DNA of 64,000 nucleotides. It comes from an uncultured bacterium (GTDB lineage: Bacteria > SAR324 > NAC60-12). The notes beneath the pieces were generated by a model. The model was not told the DNA's origin, made no database searches, and was given only the letters and a program-made list of their open reading frames with translations. Positions within the stretch are counted from its first letter, which is position 1, and each line of letters opens with the position of its first letter. The DNA is taken from positions 387 to 64,386 of the forward strand of contig CBFIJD010000003.1 of the NCBI GenBank assembly GCA_965662845.1, given 5' to 3'. Below are positions 60,277-64,000 of the stretch, piece after piece. The translations under genes and the position numbers were made by a program.

Positions 60277-61307
60277 GCTTCAAACTCGCTTTGCTGCTGT
60301 TGTTGAAAGTCGGCGAACTCTTGCTCCAAGACGTGCTTGAAGAGCTGAGTCTCTGAGAATGGTCGGGGAGGGGTGAGCAGCTGTGGCTCGGCGGTGACTG
60401 GCGGTTTGGGCGCTGGCTGGTTCGCTTGGGCAGAGCGGGAAGTGTCTTTCAGCTCGGGCTCGGGCACAGAAGCTGGGGCTGCTGGCGCTGGCTGGTTCGC
60501 TTGGGCGGGACGGGAAGTGTTTTTCAGCTCAGGGGCTGGCGCTGGCTGTAACGATGAGACCGAAGACGCGACCGCTGGGGCCGCATCGGGGAGTTGGACG
60601 CCGAGCTGCGCCGCCCACGTCTGAACGACTTGAGCCTGCACCGCAAAGTTGACTCCCGTAATCGCGAGCCCATCGCTGGCTTGGCGGGCAATGCTTGTGT
60701 TCACCCCAACCAGCTCGCCGAGCATATTGAGCAGCGGTCCCCCAGAGTTGCCACGGTTCAAGCTCGCCTCCGTCTGAAAGACATGCTTGCCTCGCACTCC
60801 CTCCGAGTTGCGAATGCGCGCGCCGATGCGCCCCGACGTGAGCGACCAGAGCCCTCCGTTCTCTGGATGCCCGATCGCCAGCACATCATCACCAATCTGC
60901 ACCTGTGCGGAGTCACCGAACAACAAAGGTTGAATATCTGAGGGCAGGTCTTTCACACGCAACAGCGCGAGGTCAAGATCGGCGTCCAAATGCAACACCT
61001 CGGCTTTGCGCCCATCGCGGAAGTTCTGCGCGAGGTCGTCGTTTTGGTTCTCTTGACTGAGGAAGACCCAAATGCGCTCGAAGGGGCGTTCAGCGTCGAG
61101 GACGACGTGCGCATTGGTGAGGATCAGGTTGGGCGCCACGACCGAACCCGTCCCGCGGGCGCGTTGCTGAGGGTTGCCAGCGTTGTGGCTGATCAGCAGC
61201 ACAACCGCCGGGTTGGCCTGTTGGTAGATCTGTGCGGGGCTACGCTGCGACCAAGCGAGGACGGGAAGGCACAGGCACCCAAGAAGCAGCAGCAATCGGC
61301 GGGGCAT
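60258..61307 (-). CDS. Trypsin-like (S1) serine protease, secreted, with a C-terminal Pro/Ala-rich repeat tail
   Basis: It has a signal peptide (MPRRLLLLLGCLCLPVLAWSQ). The catalytic motifs are ..TNAHVV.. (His), ..DLALL.. (Asp) and ..GNSGGPLL.. (Ser). A duplicated tail ..LKNTSRPAQANQPAPAAP../..LKDTSRSAQANQPAPKPP.. follows. Confidence 0.8.
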   Translation of the reverse strand: MPRRLLLLLGCLCLPVLAWSQRSPAQIYQQANPAVVLLISHNAGNPQQRARGTGSVVAPNLILTNAHVVLDAERPFERIWVFLSQENQNDDLAQNFRDGRKAEVLHLDADLDLALLRVKDLPSDIQPLLFGDSAQVQIGDDVLAIGHPENGGLWSLTSGRIGARIRNSEGVRGKHVFQTEASLNRGNSGGPLLNMLGELVGVNTSIARQASDGLAITGVNFAVQAQVVQTWAAQLGVQLPDAAPAVASSVSSLQPAPAPELKNTSRPAQANQPAPAAPASVPEPELKDTSRSAQANQPAPKPPVTAEPQLLTPPRPFSETQLFKHVLEQEFADFQQQQQSEFEAWQRSQ

Positions 61308-61359
61308 AGGAACGCTCTCAAGAGGATGGAAAAAGCAGCCGCAGGCGCGGCGCTGTTTT

Positions 61360-61995
61360 TTAGGACTGTGGCTCTGCGCCGAACTCACCTTCGATCATCT
61401 TGTCCATCTCAGCGCCTAGTTCCTGCTGCGCTTTTTCTCCCAAGAAGCGCTGCCACGCGGCTTGTTGATTCTTGTAGCTGTTCTGCGCCGCTTGCTTGGC
61501 CGCTGTCGCAGCTTGCTGCGCATCGAGCACCACGAGAGCGTAGGTCGTGCCGTCGGGGCCTGTGCGATACTGAATCGCTTTGGAGCCATAGAGCATCTCG
61601 GCGGTAATCTGCCGTTGGGTTACGGACGCGACGGCGTCAATCGTTTCTTGGTCTCCGACGCCTGTCGTCTCAGCGTGATTCTTGACCATGGCGCCGACCT
61701 TGGCACGCATTTCTGTCGCTAATTGAACGCGTCCGTCAGCAGCCGCTTGATTCCGTGCGAAGCTGATGCCCGCTCCGGTGCCACGAAAGGAGCCAATCGA
61801 TGAAACCGGGTAGCCTTCCACCGGAGTGCCGCAGACCCAATCGGGGGCTCGGGTTTCACTCCCAGGGTAGTAGCACTCGTTGGGGTCTGGACCGACGACG
61901 GTCGTAGGCTCGATGCTGGTGGTCTTCTCTGAACAGGCGACGGCGCCCAGAACAAATAATGGTAAAGCCAGACGAGATAGATGATGACGCTTCAT
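61360..61995 (-). CDS. LPP20-family lipoprotein
   Basis: It has the lipobox ..LFVLGAVACSE. ..SSIGSFRGTGAGISFARNQAAADGRVQLATEMRAKVGAMVKNHAETTG..ETIDAVASVTQRQITAEML..YALVVLD is the classic LPP20 pattern. Confidence 0.6.
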   Translation of the reverse strand: MKRHHLSRLALPLFVLGAVACSEKTTSIEPTTVVGPDPNECYYPGSETRAPDWVCGTPVEGYPVSSIGSFRGTGAGISFARNQAAADGRVQLATEMRAKVGAMVKNHAETTGVGDQETIDAVASVTQRQITAEMLYGSKAIQYRTGPDGTTYALVVLDAQQAATAAKQAAQNSYKNQQAAWQRFLGEKAQQELGAEMDKMIEGEFGAEPQS

Positions 61996-62457
61996 AGAGA
62001 TTCTCAGTTTGGGTTGTGTCGGAAGAGAGGCGTGAAAGCGAAACTGCTCAAAAGTCAAAAGTACAAAATGCTACGCAGATTTGTGCATGACGACAAGCGA
62101 AAAGTCGAGAATGCAAAACACTACGCGAATTTGTGCGCGAGGGCAATCTTTTGGGAACAGTCTCGGAAGACGTCTGCGCTGACGGATGCTTCAGGTGGTC
62201 GGCCAACCTAGCGAGCCAAGCGTCGCGCTGAGGCGAGTCGTCTACTGTAGCGCATCGTCGAGGAAGAGAGAGCCGTGTGCCGAATTTTTCTGGCTCACCG
62301 CTGCCAGTCTCTCGGCTTTGGCGTTCAGGTCTGCCAGCTTCTCATGGGTCTCGCGCAGGCTTTTGGCTTGCTCTACCCACAGAGCCCGCGTAGAACCGCA
62401 CCCCACCGATTTCGTACCTTTTCTGTTTATGCTCTCACCTTTAGGAGGATCGCCTCG

Positions 62458-64000
62458 TGGAAACCTACAGTCTGGAAAATCCTTTTGAAACCGCAGCGAC
62501 GACTGCGACGACATCGCCAGAAAACACTTACGAGCGCATGGTCAGGCGGGGGGCTGAGCTGATCAACAAACCGCGTCAAGGCGGGGGGCCGTCACGGATT
62601 CGCGTGCAGCACAGCAAGGAGCGCATGACCATCTGGGAGCGGCTGCGTGTGCTCACCGAAAACGAGCCGCACATCACATTTCAGAATTGGGGGCCGGCCC
62701 TAGACGGCGCTTCTATTGTGACGGGGATTTTGAACATTCAAGGGCGGGACGTCGCCTTCTACGGACATGACTTCACCGTCCGCGCCGGCTCGATGGACGC
62801 CACCAACGGCGCCAAACTTGCGCGTCAGATTTTGATGGCTGCCGAGCATGGCATTCCCCTCGTTGGCATGAACGACTCCGCTGGCGCGTTTGTGCCCGCG
62901 GGCGTTGGTGGCCTCGACGGGTACTCAGAGGCGTTCTCGGCGATGCGTAAAATTAGCGGAGTCGTGCCGTCCATCATGCTGATGTTTGGCTACAACGCCG
63001 GTGGCGGAGCATACCTGCCACGTCAAGGTTCTTTTTTGATTCAACCGCAGAACACCTTCTTCGGCCTGACGGGCCCCAGTGTCGTTCGTGAGGCTTTGGG
63101 CGAAGACATCACCGCAGATGACCTTGGAGGCCCGAAGGTGCACACCCAAAGTGGGGTCGTCGACTTAGAAGCAACCGACGAGCTTGGCGCTCTGCGCATG
63201 GCGCTGCGTCTGCTTGGTTATTTGCCAGACAACAACCATTCCCTCGCGACGTACAACAGCAACTTTGGTTCATTGGAGGAGAGAGTCGACGAAGAAGAAG
63301 TCTTGCTGCGAAAGACCTTCTCGAACCCAATCACGGGCTTCAACACACCGCTAGACATGCGACTGCTGCTGCAACAAATTGCCGACTATGGCGACTACTT
63401 TGAGATCCAGCCGTCCCGGGCGCGGCAAGTCATCACCGCGTTCGCGCGACTCGGTGGCTATGTCACTGGATTCATTGGCAACAACAGCGCCTTCAACTCG
63501 GGCAACATCGACGTTCAAGCTTCGCGCAAGGTCGCCAAGTTCATCCGCTTCTGCAACTTATACAACATCCCCGTCGTCTTTTTGATGGACGTGGCCGGCT
63601 TCGCGCCTGGGTCGGAACAAGAGACGCTCGGGATTGTGCAGGCGGGACGCGAGATGATGGACGCCATTATTGATCTTCGTGTGCCTCGCCTGACGCTGAT
63701 CGTGCGGAATGCGTTTGGAGGCGCCTACTGCGCGTGGAACAGCTATCACATCGGCGCAGATTACGTGTTCTCGCTGCCAACTGCACGGATCGCGGTGATG
63801 GGTCCAGCCGGACGTCAGTACATATACAAAGATGATTTCCGGGCGATCACCAAAGCCTTCGATCAAAACTTAGCCAACGGCATGAGCGAAGCCGAGGCCA
63901 TCGCGCAGCGCGATCAAGCCATGGCGGCGCTGACCGCCCGCTATGAGGAAGAGCTTCTCAACCCCGAAGAAGCCCTGAAGTTAGGATCCGTCTCACAGCT
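62458..64000 (+). CDS. Acyl-CoA carboxylase carboxyltransferase subunit (propionyl-/methylmalonyl-CoA carboxyltransferase family). The 3' end runs off the window edge.
   Basis: AGGAGG precedes the GTG at 62458. ..[20 protein letters not shown]....[61 protein letters not shown].... and ..[49 protein letters not shown].. It is absent from the ORF track because it has no stop inside the window. Confidence 0.85.

Overview
This is a high-GC (about 60%) bacterial chromosomal window. It is mostly core and housekeeping genes, densely packed on both strands, and I recognised no mobile element, prophage or CRISPR array. Genes I could identify: (1) a late flagellar locus on the minus strand, fliC, then an unusually large fliD, then two tandem fliS paralogs, with two textbook sigma-28 promoters; (2) a selenophosphate synthetase (selD) with an in-frame UGA selenocysteine codon and a SECIS-like hairpin downstream, whose N-terminus a stop-to-stop ORF finder splits off; (3) ribosomal proteins S9/L13, IF-1, mreB, dut, bolA, erpA, ferredoxin, pcm, mutY, ligA, an rluA-family pseudouridine synthase, an lptF/G permease and tRNA-Arg(CCT); (4) many signalling proteins: a NIT-domain histidine kinase, a multi-PAS histidine kinase, a cNMP-binding/GGDEF protein, several single-domain receiver proteins, and a LOV blue-light histidine kinase clustered with a receiver, a sigma-54 enhancer-binding protein without a recognisable C-terminal HTH, and a photolyase; (5) a CIRCE element in front of an hsp20 gene; (6) unusual architectures: a K+ channel fused to RCK, Sel1 and TerB-like domains; a 1086-aa receiver protein with a giant acidic tandem-repeat region; a GlnD-like protein with an N-terminal extension; and an operon encoding an outer-membrane protein, an MnmC-like methyltransferase and a PurD-like ATP-grasp enzyme. 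Repeat structures: a nested tandem repeat array at 3290-3635, and 90-bp and 48-bp in-frame tandem repeats inside the acidic receiver gene. All calls are from reading the translations and sequence; no database search was possible.
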